Part shown: piece after piece, positions 1 to 14,288 of the stretch
Layout: every line of letters begins with the position of its first letter
Position numbering within the stretch: the first letter of the stretch is position 1
Origin: Octopus vulgaris
Lineage: Eukaryota
NCBI GenBank assembly: GCA_951406725.2
Contig: OX597826.1
Span: 68,820,001 to 68,884,000, forward strand
Length of the DNA: 64,000 bases
Direction: 5' to 3'
Made by a program: the position numbers and the translations under genes
Notes under the pieces: model-generated
The model's database searches: none
Told to the model about the DNA's origin: nothing
What the model saw: only the letters and a program-made list of their open reading frames with translations

Positions 1-60
1 CATACACACACACACACAAACACACAGACACACACATACACACACACACAAATACACACA
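1..60. repeat. (CA)n microsatellite
   Basis: Imperfect CA dinucleotide run. Confidence 0.95.
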
Positions 61-677
61 TATTATATTACACACCACTGAGACCCCAGCTCTTCTTGAT
101 CCTCATGTCCCGATTTCCCCCATAGAATCGGGATAATGACCCCGCGTGAGGCAGTCCTCACTGCAGCCATTCTCCACGGCGACGCCATCGTGGTCATCAC
201 GGGCGGTGCTGAACACACCAGGCGTCCTGTGTAGTGTGACACATTGCTCCCTTCACGTTCTCCTGCTTCAACCTCACCTTTTTCTTCTTTTCTTGTTTAT
301 TTCTTTGTTGTTGTTTTTTTGTTTCCTAGTAAGTAAATTGTGATTCAGTAAAGTTTATTTAGCAATTGAAATGTCTTTTAAAGTTAAATCTCACTATCAA
401 TGGTAACCAGCGGGCGACGTTACAAGCAAAGGGATTTTATGCGCTGAATAATAAATAAAGGAAGATTGTTTGGCTCGCTAGAAACAAGTACCAGATTTAT
501 CAAATCTAATTGTTATCACAAACTAGAAAAATTCTGTCAAAATAAAATCAAACCTAAAAAAAAATACTGGATGTTCAAAGTTGTCACCTATTTAGTTTGT
601 GCAATCAGGATTGTACGATTGTCATGAAGATAAAGAATTACAAAAATGAATAAAAACACATATAAATAAATATATCC

Positions 678-1366
<689 letters not shown>

Positions 1367-1535
1367 TAATAATAATAATTATTATTATTATTATCATTAT
1401 TATTATGCTCTTTAGAACTAACCGACAAACAATAATGGTGCACTAAAATTTCAACTTCAGCTTAATAGTTTTCTACCAAATATTGATATTTTTCCATTGT
1501 ACGTATTCTGTTTGAGGCGATCTAGCAAAAATGTT

Positions 1536-1768
1536 AAGGCGGCGAGCTTGCAGAAACGTTAGCACTCCGGGCTAAATGCTTAGCGATATTTCGTCTGTCT
1601 TTACGTTCTGAGTTCAACTTCCGCCGAGGTCGACGTTGTCTTTCATCCTTTCAGAGTCGTAAATTAAGTACCAGTTACGCACTGGATTCGATGTAATCGA
1701 CTTAATCCCCTTGTCTGTCTTTGTTTGTCCCCTCTATGTGTAGCCACTTAATGGGCAATAAAGAAATA
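1536..1768 (+). mobile_element. SINE family B
   Basis: AAGGCGGCGAGCT head, B-box-like GAGTTCAACTTCC, core TTTCATCCTTTC...AAATTAAGTACCAG; many homologous copies in the window. Confidence 0.9.
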
Positions 1769-2549
1769 ATAAATGTAATGTAAATGGATAGGTACTTGAA
1801 TTTCGGGCAGGTGATTTATTTGCACCCTGATAAAATCCAGATCTGGCTAACCATATTTAATGATAGAGAACAATTAGAACCGGTTAATTCATGTTACTGC
1901 GAAACAAAATTCTTACCCCACAGCCACAGGCAAGTGGTCAAATTTGCATAAATGAAAATTTACCTCTCTTCTACGGTATTTCTATTCGAGAAAATATCGG
2001 AAACGTCTCCTATGAATTTTGGTTGTAAAACTGTGAAGCGGTCCTTAAGTTTCTCCCCCTTTCTATTTACTGCACATTGCAAGCATTAAAATTGTTGCTT
2101 ACATTCATAGAATTTTCTCCCATCTGTTGTGTTGGATTCGTTGTTGCGTGCAACGCATGCATATTGGTGAATGTTATAAATGTGATTAGTAAAATTTAGT
2201 TTATTCTCATCGTAATTGTCGTTTTTCATTGATTAAAAGTTTAATTAACATTAATGTAATATCTGTTATTTTCGTTTTTGTTTAATTTAATTCCATTTAA
2301 TAGTCATTAATAGATTGGTTTAATAATCAAAAACTTAATGTCAATTTATTCTTTTTTAATGTAAATTTAAATTCGTTTAGCATTGTGAATTTTAGGCTGC
2401 AGTCTTTTTTTTATTTTTTGGTTTTATACTCATCGTTATTTAGTAACTATTTTTTATGTAATTCTTGGTTTACTATGGTACTCATTGTACTCCGTGTTTT
2501 AGTGATTCTATTTAATCTCAACTACATATTTGTGTTGTTGTTGTTGTTA

Positions 2550-2957
2550 TCTATACATACAAAGCTGAAGTTGTCTCTGTGTGTGTGAGTGTGTATGGCA
2601 GGTTTGGTAGCCTTCAACTAACACTATCTCCTCCGAGACCCTGCGGCGCAAAATGACCAAAATTGAGAGTATGATAGAAGAAGGCTTGCTCTTCCTTCCG
2701 TAGAAGAGAAAATTCATATCGGACCATGTTAAGACAAAAAATTATTTACATTAAAGAGGTGCTTTTTTTTTCTATGAAAATCCTTATATTTTTTACGATT
2801 TTTTGACTGCCGCGTCGCCATTTTTCGGTGTATTTCAACCAGAAAAATATTCACTTAAAGAGAATAACAAGCTAAATAATGCAGAAGTTTTACTTTTCAA
2901 AATCTGCAATTGTAAAGGGTCGAAACAAACCCGAGCAACGCCGGGCTATACTGCTAG
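2550..2957 (+). mobile_element. Non-autonomous Helitron
   Basis: A|TC 5' end, subterminal hairpin CCCGAGCAACGCCGGG, CTAG|T 3' end, no TSD; homologous to 10993-11391. Confidence 0.85.
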
Positions 2958-3448
2958 TGTGTAATAATTCTTAAACAGCGTTATACAATATTTTTGACGC
3001 TGTCGACAGCATTGGATTGAATATCGTAGGTTAGACGTTATCAGATATTTTCAACAGAATAGCTGATGATGTGATGTCTATGTTTATTTAAGTAATATTT
3101 ACTCTTACTGCGGTGATTACTCAACCGACCATACGCCTTCTTTTGTAGGTCCCCTTGTTTTGCTCGTTCCTTTGAGTAACGGTAAGATCTTCGGTATAAT
3201 ACACTCCGGTTATAGCTTTACTTTCGAGCAGGAATCATCCAAAGTTTGATATAAGTCCATATCTAGTTTTAATTGTCTCGCTTTTATTTGAATTAAGTTT
3301 GTGGTTAAGGGAATATCAGAGTCATATATCAAGCTGAATCTTCATAAAAGCTTTAATCCATTATCTGTGTCAGATCGTTAGAATATCAATGATTACAAGT
3401 TTCGCTAGAAAAGGATTAATTAGCAAGGTTTGTCACAGAATATATATA

Positions 3449-4326
3449 CAGGGTCTTAGAAAAAATTTGATATCATTTCGCAATCTAATAACTTAGCGAG
3501 TTCTTATTGAAATGACTTCAAATTTTAACAGCGTGTGTAGAAACAGGTCAAAACGTTATATGTATTGTTTGTTATGTTTATCTTATCAGGTATAGAAATT
3601 GCATTCACAGGAAGAGGAAAAGGCGTTTTGTGTGTTGGTGTATGCTCGAACACAGTTGAACAAGACTGTGTTGTGTGCATGATATAGTTCTCTAAAAAGT
3701 CACCAATAGCAATTCAGATTTGGACATGGCACAAAAAATTCAAAGAGGAAGGCTGTCTGTGGAAGGCAAAAAAATCTGGACGACCACTAACATTGGAAGA
3801 GACAGTTGAGCGGGTTCCTAAAAAACTCATGCGATGCTCCAAGAAGTCCATAAGAAGAACAAGTCTGGAACACCTGATTCCTCCAGCGACAGTTTGGCGC
3901 ATCCTGAGGAAACGCTTGCTAATGAAACCCTACAAACTGCAGCTCGGTCAGGCCATAGCGGCAGATGCCAAGCGAAAGCGCAAAAATGGGGGAATTTGAA
4001 GGGCTTGGTCTATGTCCCCAATCTTCCTGCAAACCTACAGGAACTCGAGCATAACCTCACTACCACACTGGAGAATATTATCCAAGACATGCTGCAACGG
4101 GTTTGGGAGGAGCTGGACTAAAGACTTGACGTATGCCGTGTCTCGGGTGGTGCGTATATTGAACATTGCGAAATCATTCAGGGAATCCACATACCTTTGA
4201 ATTTCTCATTGGAGGAATAAATCTTATGTTGCTCAACATTAAATCTTTTTAGTTTCATTTGCTTTCACAATTTAGTTTCTGTGATATTTACATCTCAAAT
4301 ACTATCAAAATTTTTGAAACTCCCTG
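3449..4326 (+). mobile_element. Internally deleted Tc1/mariner-superfamily transposon (DUF4817-like HTH transposase remnant)
   Basis: TA|CAGGG...CCCTG|TA with ~30 bp imperfect TIRs. N-terminal remnant (WHKKFKEEG...SGRP...KKSIRRTS...TVWRILRKRLLMKPYKLQL) is fused to the C-terminal WG..KGLVYVP.LPANLQELE...QRVWEELD. Confidence 0.85.
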
Positions 4327-4462
4327 TATATATATTACATTATGTGCTTACTGTCTTACAGTAAAGCCACACGCTGGAAAAGGAATGGCGACTTGATAAA
4401 ATCTTATATTTATTTGATATATATATATATATATGTGTGTGTATCAATATATATATATATGT

Positions 4463-4504
<42 letters not shown>

Positions 4505-4522
4505 TATTAGAGACAAAACCAC

Positions 4523-4633
4523 TATTTTGCAAAACAAACAAGGAAAGACTTAATCAATACATAAAATTTTAATAAATGACTATTTATTAAAATTTTATGT
4601 ATTGTAGTCTTTCCTTGTTTGTTTTGCAAAATA
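4523..4633. repeat. Near-perfect palindrome (~52 bp arms, 4-nt loop)
   Basis: TATTTTGCAAAACAAACAAGGAAAGACT...AATAAAT gact ATTTATT...AGTCTTTCCTTGTTTGTTTTGCAAAATA. Confidence 0.9.
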
Positions 4634-4719
4634 TAATATTTTATAATATTTTACTATAAAATTGGATTTAATCCTAAATCTGATTTTTTTCCTGTAAATT
4701 TGGATTTATTCCTAATATT

Positions 4720-4765
<46 letters not shown>

Positions 4766-4796
4766 ATATCTGTATGTATATATATATATATTTATG

Positions 4797-4833
<37 letters not shown>

Positions 4834-4834
4834 A

Positions 4835-4986
4835 TGTTTGTGTGTCTGTTTTTGTCCCCCAACTTTGCTTGACAAGTGATGCAGGTGTGTTTACATCCCT
4901 GTAACTTAGCGGTTCGGTAAAAAAGACCGATAGAATAATTACTAGGCTTACAAAGAATAAGTCCTGGGGTCGATTTGCTCGACTAA
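4835..4986 (+). mobile_element. SINE family A, 3' half
   Basis: Matches the body of the full copies at 22941 and 46833. Confidence 0.88.
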
Positions 4987-5447
4987 CTGTAAATTTGATG
5001 TATATATCTATGTGAGTGTGTGTGTGTGTGTGTATATACTCAACAGAGTACATTTCCACTCGTGTGAGCGACAATTATGACTTCGAAAGAGCTCAGCTAC
5101 AAAGTATAATTTACTCAGAGCAACAAAATTAGCCTCAAACCAAGAAATGAGCCGGAAAGAATCTCTGCCATACACACATTAAATAGTACTTTTGTGCATC
5201 ACTGTCTCACAATTTCATCTTCGACAAGTAATTGTGACTGTGTCCATTCACGTCAAGCGATGGTGAAAATTCATTATTAGCTGTAACTAGTGACCAAATG
5301 GAAATCCATCAAATTAATAAGTTCTACAACTTTGAATCCAAACTCGTTAATCTGATAATGAAGCTACGATGAAGCGATTACGCCAACGCTTTCCAAAATA
5401 TATCGAACACCGCATGAAATATTTCAGTAATATGGATGAAATAAATA

Positions 5448-5948
5448 CCATACGTCCTTGAGTATATTCCGCCCTTGACTATAATACGCAGGGGATTTTT
5501 AGGGGGCTGTAACTCTGAAAAACCCAAACCTTGTGTATAATACGTACTCCTTCTCTAACTTGAGTCAAGGAGGTCTACATAACGTCCTTGGTGTGTAAAA
5601 ATGTATACGGTAACGTCCTTTATTATTATTGTATATATAACATAATGCAAACGTGTAGCTTTTTTGTGCATTTTGTTTGCAGAAAACAAAGAAATAACAG
5701 TAATAACGTTTAATAAATGTTGCTTACTGCAAGTTATGGATGATTCTTTTATGACTTCATTGCTTTCAGGCTTAGCTTAAGATATTTTTGCGCCCGACAT
5801 CAAAGAATGCGCCTGAAAAAACATAGCCAGACAGCAAATAGAGACTCGGTCATTGCTTAGAAAATATCATTCAATTTTAACCTCGTATATAGAATGCGCT
5901 AGGGATTTTGGCCTTTAAATTTTTGGAATTATACTCGAGGATTTACGG
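5448..5948. mobile_element. MITE of Tc1/mariner superfamily (pogo/Tc2-like CCGTA ends)
   Basis: TA|CCATACGTCCTTGAGTATA ... TATACTCGAGGATTTACGG|TA imperfect TIRs with TA TSD. Confidence 0.7.
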
Positions 5949-6269
5949 TACCACAAACATGCTATGATCTTGCCAAAAGCATGACCAGAACTATTTAGAA
6001 ACATAACCCCACTGTAAAAAAATATATACGGAGGCGAAGGAGTTAATTTCACAACTGAGAAGAGAAAACCGTACAGAATATCCCCATCATTCACATATAG
6101 TCCATTACTGTTAAAAATCCCACGGCCAGCTTTATCTTTATGATGTTAAGTACATTCAAAAGGTAATGGAAATAAGACAGGAAGCGCATTTCAATGCTAA
6201 GAGCCTCAGGGTTAGAAGCTTAAGGAATCGTGATCAATGCAACTGTATTGTCATCGTTATCCTGTAGTT

Positions 6270-6790
6270 TGATTTGAAGCATTCAAAGCAAGGTACAATG
6301 CAGATCCATCTAATTCACTTTTATGAATTTTAATCCTTCCGTATCTGATCTATGCTCTTTAAATGATAGATTTCAGCGAAAATCATCGGAGTTGCCGCTC
6401 AAGATACCAGGATTATAATGAATGCTACGATGGTTCTGATAACTCCCTTTGACTCATTTTGAGTAAAAATGCGGGAAACCAGATATTCACCGGGGAAAGA
6501 TCTGAGATTATTTTCCCTGTATAATCTCCGATTACACACTATCTATCCTCATAACTCCGGATTTTGGAGGCATGATGGATTAACAATCGAAACAACATTG
6601 AACAACCACAAAGAAAATCGACTTAGAAAGGATTTATTTAATACAATAGAAATGTTTAAAGATTTTGGATGAAAAACAAACACTAATTCTGCCGGCAACT
6701 GAACGAGAACTTAGTTACATCTATAAACTCCCCACCCACCTACTAGGTTTCATTAGGAGACGTGAGACCGGTATATGTAATTTTTTTTAT
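6270..6790 (+). pseudogene. Highly decayed Penelope-like reverse transcriptase fragment
   Basis: GFWRHDGL...RLRKDL..IEMFKDFG resembles the PLE GLYRDDGL...RK.I.KIFK..G catalytic block; multiple frameshifts. Confidence 0.5.
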
Positions 6791-6944
6791 CGTTCCTTGT
6801 TCAGTGAAAGCTTCAGTATGGATGCTTTGTATCAAAAGTATTGCTAGCTACGAGCAGTTCCAATGGGAAACAAATTCTTATGGATAACTTCAATGGATCA
6901 TACAAAAGAATACAACAAAGAGAAAAGTATTCTATTTCATCCAC

Positions 6945-7240
6945 TGTACATATCACTCCAGTTCTTGTATTGATGATGGTGGAGGGTATCGATTCCTTAC
7001 TTGCTTTTCTAAAATGTACCATGAATGTTCAATAGCATTGAGATCTGGGGACTGTGGTGGCCAGATAAGATGTTCACCTTCACTAGAATTTTTCTCGTGC
7101 CATTCAGTAAATTTAGCTGTGTAAATTGGTGCATTATCATCCTGAACAATTGCATTTCCCTCCAGAAACAGTTCCACAACCATAGGATGAATGTCATCAG
7201 ATAAAATGCTTAAATAGTCTTGACTATTAATTCTGTACAT
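6945..7240 (-). pseudogene. Tc1-type DDE transposase fragment
   Basis: QDDNAPIYTAK...WPPQSPDLNAIEHSW motifs (second D and E of DD34E). Confidence 0.9.
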
Positions 7241-8143
7241 ACCATAAGACTATTAATTTTTAAGAGCTACGACAAGCTCTTAAAATCACATAATATGAAG
7301 GTCAGTTATATCTGTGTAAACATCACTTACAGATAATTAAAAAAAAAATCTACAGCCCGATATAACTCCGCATAAAACCACTCCGTCACCCAATTTGAAT
7401 CAAAATCAATCTACATGTCCTATCAAAGAGCAGTATCTCTCTAACGACTTCGTAGATCCAGCACACAGAAGAACCCCCAAGGCATTGAAAGGTGTAATCC
7501 AGGTCTTCCTGAAAACAGGCTCCTGAGTAGTATCCTACAACTCATTTCCAGATCAAAGAGAACCTTGCTAATCTCATTGCTGTCACATTTTGTTTGTAAA
7601 ACACAGAAACTAGCCACTGGCACTGCTCCAAAGAATACGGTATGCTGTTCACATGGCCAAACTATACTTTAAACATTCTCAGAAAAGCAGGCTTTGCCTA
7701 ACTGAAAGATTTCAACCATGAGGAATCTACAAGAACACATAACTGGGTATTAGAATGAATTTATATTATCTGTCAGCAGATATTTCTCCAGGAAACTTCC
7801 CAGCCGCTTGAAGGCCACACTAAATACAAAATGGATTATATTAAATTCAGGAGAATAATTGCTTACCACGACCGTAGAGTTGGGTTAGCGTTCCCACATT
7901 TACACGACGAATGCTAACACAAGCTATGTAGATCTGCTAAAGTCTCGATAATGCAGCCAGTTTTTATCTAATGAAGATCGACCATATATACCTATTATTA
8001 TTTTCTATCTTGTCTAAAAAAACAAAAAAACAAGCAAAAAAATACATCACAAGCTTTAAATTCGTTTGCGTGGGTGAAACATGGTGTAGTGGAGATGGAT
8101 TGAAATCATTAATGCTTTTCAACATTATTCATACAGACAAGCA

Positions 8144-8186
<43 letters not shown>

Positions 8187-8271
8187 CCACGTACACACAT
8201 ACATACACATAGACACACACATAGACACATACACACACAAACACACAAACAGAAACGCACACATATATGTT

Positions 8272-9040
8272 CATATGTATGAATGTACGTATGTATGTAT
8301 GTATGTATGTATGTATGTATGTATGTATGTATGTATGTATGTGTGTATGTGTGTATGTATATATGAATGTACGTATGTATGTATCTATGAATGTACGTGT
8401 GTAGGCATATATGTATGTATGTATGTAAGTATATATGTATGTAGGTAGGTATGTATGTAGGTATGAATGCATGTATGTATGTATGAATGTATATATGAAT
8501 GTACGTATGTATGTATCTATGAATGTACGTATCTGGGTATATATGTATGAATGTATATATGAATGTACGTATGTATGTATCTATGAATTTACGTATGTAG
8601 GTATATATGTATGTATGTATGCATGTATGTAGGTAGGTATGTATGTATATATGAATGTACGTATGTATGTATCTATGTATGTATGTACGTGTGTTGGCAT
8701 ATATGTATGTATGTATGTAAGTATATATGTATGTAGGTAGGTATGTATGTAGGTATGAATGCATGTATGTATGTATGTATGTATGAATGTATATATGAAT
8801 GTACGTATGTAAGTATCTATGAATGTACGTATGTGGGTATATATGTATGAATGTATATATGAATGTACGTATGTATGTATCTATGAATGTACGTATGTAG
8901 GTATATATGTATGTATGTATGTATGTAGGTAGGTATGTATGTATATATGAATGTACGTATGTATGTATGTATGTATGTATGTATGTATGTGTGTATGTAT
9001 GTATGTATTATGTATGTATGTAGGTAGGTATGTAGGTATG
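8272..9040. repeat. (TATG)n-derived satellite with higher-order structure
   Basis: TATG units with recurring GAATGTACG variants; an ~290-bp block is duplicated. Confidence 0.9.
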
Positions 9041-10214
9041 CTGGAAATTCATAAACAGCGACTATTAGTGTCACGTTTTCCGATTTCTGAACAATCAATG
9101 CAATAAAAGAAACAATTTGATGTTTATATTCAAGATAAGTAATAAAAACCGTTACATAAGCAGGTTACAATATTTTACCTTTTTATGGCCATGGAACGTC
9201 ATTCTATAAGAACGTCAGTCGTTGGCACGCTACAAAAAATATTTTGGTGATATATTACGACAAAAATATTTACTTCTCTATGTGAATATATATACATGTG
9301 GATGTGTGTATGTGTGTGTTTGTGTGTGTGTGTGTATGTGTGTGTGTGTGTGTGTGAGTGTGTGTCTAGAAGTGGATACTTTGATTTCAGGCATATACAT
9401 ATATGCACACATGAATACATATTTTCATATAATAGTCAAAGTAAACAGCGTATGTGCAATCTACAGTAGGTGTGTATCATCAATAGCAATATGAACAACA
9501 CGAACAGTTACAATACACTCACTAAGCGGAAAAAGCGAATTGCGGAGCTGTCATTGCTTATAAAGGATGAAACGGCAAAAATGTTGCTCATGAATGGATG
9601 AGAGATAAAACTTTGCTTGGATAAAACGCTATGCTCTAGTCTCTCATTTTCCTAGGTTTTCCCTCGTCTGTTTTCTATGAATTTGTTTTTCAAGATAGCT
9701 GTACTAAAGTGGGTTAGGGTTCCTTTCTAATATTGAGGTTCTCAACTATTTTTTCTATCCATGGGTGCCTTTATTATTTTATTTTGGTGTCTTCAGCCCT
9801 AGCCATTCGATGTTTAAAAACTAGTTTTGTAGAAGCTTCTTCCAAAATTTCTTCTTTGTTGCCACACATTAAATTGGGTAGGTTGAACTAAGTAAAGTGT
9901 TAAAGACAGAAACCTAGCCGATTCTTGCAATATATTCTCTTACTCATTTACTTCTTGCAGTCATTTGACTGTGGCGATTCGACAAACGATACAGGTCGAG
10001 GAGGTAACAGACTTTAAAGCAATAAATACCGGGATCGGTCAGGTGGTGTCCCAGGATAGCCGCAGCCTAATGAATGAAACAAGTCAACGACAGAACATTA
10101 AACTCAATAAAAGAAAGAATTAGACCCTGCAAATCTGGAGTAATTCCACCTAGTACCACACCCGATGGTCCAATTCATTTCTTGATATTCTGCCACATTC
10201 CTGGCTGGATATGA

Positions 10215-10375
10215 GACGGCAGAAGGTGCAGATGATGGCAGCTGCTTCAAACTCTCTCCTGCACCAAATGTCAATTGCTAAAAAGCATTCGTGAAGTAAA
10301 ATTATGTAGCAACACCAAATGGCGGTGCCCCAGCATGGCCACAGCTCGTGAGCTGAAACTAGATGAAATAAAAAA
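10215..10375 (+). mobile_element. 3' end of a CR1/L2-like LINE
   Basis: Short coding end RQKVQMMAAASNSLLHQM...* (stop 10292-10294), then GGCGGTGCCCCAGCATGGCCACAG...CTGAAAC and an A-rich tail shared with SINE-A. Confidence 0.55.
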
Positions 10376-10992
10376 TTTATCTCTCACTCTTTGTATTCGA
10401 ATTTACACATTTCTGCGCGCGTGCGTGTGCGTTCCCGTGCGCGTCTGTGTGTGTTTGCTTCTAGTACCAAAAAGTACTATCGCCAAAATAGGCTAAGCGA
10501 CCAGTCTACCGCACCACATTGTCGGCGCCCAAACAGCTACGCCCGAAAGGATCATTCTCTTCCTTTAATTCTTCTGTAAAGTGCATACACGGCTCGAAGG
10601 AAAAAACAAAAAACACGAAGACGTTGCCAGTAATTTCAGAGCTAAGAAAATAACTGTAGTGAGAAAGCGTCAATTGTTTCCACTAACCACTACTGTCGCC
10701 AGTGTGTTTATCAAAACACGCATTTCGTTAATAGATGACAGTGCTTTTTCACTAATGCCTTCAACGAAACAGCAAGTTTATGTGTTAAAAATAACATTAA
10801 CAAGTAATCTCTAAATGACTGCATCAAGACTTTGTTGTCAAATAAGACGACAGCGTTGATGACGAAAATTAATTTAGAAGAGAGAAAGCTGTATCACCAG
10901 AATACACGTGTGGTGGGCGAGTGGAAGTGTTATGACGCCGTTTACTTACAGAGTAGAGCGCTACATGTCTCATGATCTAGTTATATATTGTA

Positions 10993-11391
10993 CTAGCAGT
11001 ATAGCCCGGCGTTGCTCGGGTTTGTTTCGATCCTTTAGAATTGGAGTTTTTGAAAAGTAAAAATTTTGCATTATGTAGCTTGTTATTCTCTTTAAGTGAA
11101 CATTTTTTATTTTTGAAATACACCGAAAAAATGGCGACATAGCAGTAAAAAAATCGCAAAAAATAGGGATTTTCATAGAAAAATAGCACCTTTTTGATGT
11201 AAATAGTTTTTGGTGTTAACATGGTCCGATTTGAATTTTTTTTCTTCTACGGAATGAAGAGCAAGCCTTCTTCTATCATACACTCAATTTTGGTCAACTT
11301 GCGCCGCAGGGTCTCGGAGGAGATAGTGTTAGTTGAAGGCTACCAAACCTGCCACACAAACACAGACAACTTCAGCTTTATATATAAAGGA
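10993..11391 (-). mobile_element. Non-autonomous Helitron (same subfamily as 2550-2957)
   Basis: Reverse-complement copy with TC start, CCCGAGCAACGCCGGG hairpin and CTAG end. Confidence 0.85.
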
Positions 11392-11727
11392 TTAGGCTGT
11401 TTGTAAGTTTAGTAGTGGAGCGCATTTCAGATGGTGTAAGCAAGAGTTTCTTTCTCTTCTCTTCTTGTTGTTTAGCATATGACCACCATGATCTTGTAGA
11501 CACAAAAGCTGTTCCATTTATACTCAACCCGCCAAGTCTGCAGATTCAGTTCTTCTTAATAGGTTTCTTATTGACGAACAACTAAGTTGCGGGAACAGAT
11601 ACACATCAGTATCCGCCCCCATATCCAATGTGTTTTTCTATTCTACGACTGTCGAAGTTGCTGTTTAGTCCCCTGAGCTAACCACATCTGTCATCAAAGA
11701 TGCTTCAGATAATGTCATCAGATTCTT

Positions 11728-11871
11728 GCTTGCTTACGATCCACATGGTTCCGGGTTCAGTCCCACTGGGTTGCACCTTGAGCAAGTGTCTTATACTATA
11801 GCCTTGGGCCGACCAAAGCCTTGTGAATAGATTTGGCAAACGGAAACTGAAAGAAGCCCGTCGTATATATG

Positions 11872-11913
<42 letters not shown>

Positions 11914-12123
11914 TGTGCCTGTGTTTGCCCCCCCCCCTAACATCGCTTGACAACCAATGCTGGTGTGTTTGCGTCCCCGAAACTTAGCGGTTCGGCAAGA
12001 GAGACCGATAGAATATATACTAGGCTTACAAAAAATAAGTCCTGGGGTCGATTTGCTCGACTAAAGGCGGCGCTCCAGCATGGCCGCAGTCAAATGACTG
12101 AAACAAATACAAGAATAAAAGAA
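11728..12123 (+). mobile_element. SINE family A (tRNA-derived, CORE-like CCTTGGGCAAGT region)
   Basis: GGTTCCGGGTTCAGTCCCACTG B-box region, internal (TA)(TG) microsatellite, LINE-like tail. Confidence 0.92.
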
Positions 12124-13091
12124 CGAAATTGTACCATCCATATAGAAAATATCTAAGAAATTGTACATCCATACAGTCTAGCAAATACAACAGAAAGCTA
12201 TACTTCGTCGAGGTCATCGAACACAACCGAATAACGATCGGAGATATACGTCGCAGCGCTTGCTGAAAATCATATTAAGTTAAAGCTAATCCTTGATTAG
12301 GCATCTTATAGTTTTTATTAGAAGCTTAATTCTAATTTTCAGTAAGTCTTTATATGTTGTCGTCTCAGTCTTTCTTGAACGAATTTAAACATTGAGCTAA
12401 CGCTCCCTACTGAAGTCGAAGCGAAATATGTTGATTTAGCTCGCTACATTAATTATATTAGGAATGATTTAACTATACATATACAAAATCTCACCCATAT
12501 ATATATATATATATAGTTAAGTTAATTTAGTGATAACATATTTAATGCTGTGAGTCTTATATTCATAACTAGAAATAGTTGTATGGTGAGGGAGAGAATA
12601 TGAGAAGATTAGTGGATGAATAATATTGTTTTAATTATTTAAATAATTAAATCTGCTGAACGAAGCACAGATTTCATCATACCAGACGAAGAAGTGATGA
12701 GGGAATCATTAATTAGATGCAAAATATTTTACACATGTAGACATAGAAAATTGAAATTATTATTTACAGAATAAATTAGCCATTAGGAATTACATCCATA
12801 TAAAACACATATACTCAAACATACTCGCACTCACGCACACACACATACACACATACATACATACACACACATACACACACATGCTTATTTAAATATTTAT
12901 AAGGAGCAACGTTTCTTTCAGCCATGTATTCGATATAGCTGTGCGATTTAGTTTTATTTTCTTTGTCATGGTGTGTTTTTTGTTGTTTTGTTTGTTTTTG
13001 TTTACCATATTTTCATACGAGTTCCTTTTTGTTTGTTTGGAAAAGGGAAGTTTCTAAATCCATCATGAAACTTTCTAAACCTCTTAATTTC

Positions 13092-13128
13092 ATACACACA
13101 CACACACACACACTTACAAACACACACG

Positions 13129-13163
<35 letters not shown>

Positions 13164-13397
13164 ACCCACTTACAAACACACGTACACACACACACTTAAA
13201 AACACACACAGACACACACACACACACTTACAAACACACACGTACACACACAGACACACACACACACACACACTTAAAAACACACACGCGCGCACACACA
13301 CTTACAAACACACACTTACAAACATACACACAGACACACACGCACCCACTTACAAACACACACGCATACACACACACGCACACACACACACATACAC
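13092..13397. repeat. Compound (CA)n minisatellite
   Basis: CA runs punctuated by recurring CTTACAAA. Confidence 0.9.
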
Positions 13398-13489
13398 AAA
13401 CTTATAGATTTATGTGCATACTTAAATATACACAGTGCGTGTAAATATATGCAAATATGAGTTCCTACATACATAAGTATATGTGCGTG

Positions 13490-13716
13490 TGTGTGTGGTT
13501 TCGTGGTTAGGACTTTCGGTTCACGACTGAATGGTTGTAAATGGTTACGAGATCGACTCATGGGTGATGCGTTCTGTCCTTGAGACACTTTATTTCATGC
13601 TCTTCTAACCCATTCAGCTGGCAATAAGGAGCAGTACCTGTAATTCAAAACGGCCTGCCTTATCTCATTATGATCGGGTCAACTGGAACACACGTCGTCG
13701 TAACCGACGAATTGTC
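13490..13716 (+). mobile_element. Degenerate SINE family C
   Basis: GTGGTTAGG head; tail GATCGGGTCAACTGGAAC..CGTCGTCGTAACCGACG matches 21917-21955. Confidence 0.7.
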
Positions 13717-13883
13717 CGTTGTATATATATATGTTTATATATATATATATATCGTTGTATATATATATGTATATATATATATATATATCGAGAGTGAAAA
13801 TCAAAAACATTTACCGATAACACTCTCGATAAATTTATCCCCTTTTTGTGTTCCCAGCACTTGGCATCCTTATTTAGGAGCCC

Positions 13884-14213
<330 letters not shown>

Positions 14214-14248
14214 ATCCAACCACGTGCTTTCACACGCCAACTTTCTCA

Positions 14249-14283
<35 letters not shown>

Positions 14284-14288
<5 letters not shown>

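Noticed and set aside
2970-3420. Possible decayed Penelope RT on the minus strand
   Set aside because: Only vague similarity; no diagnostic motif recoverable.
9711-9720. Telomere-like GGGTTAGGGT
   Set aside because: Fewer than two units; chance occurrence.
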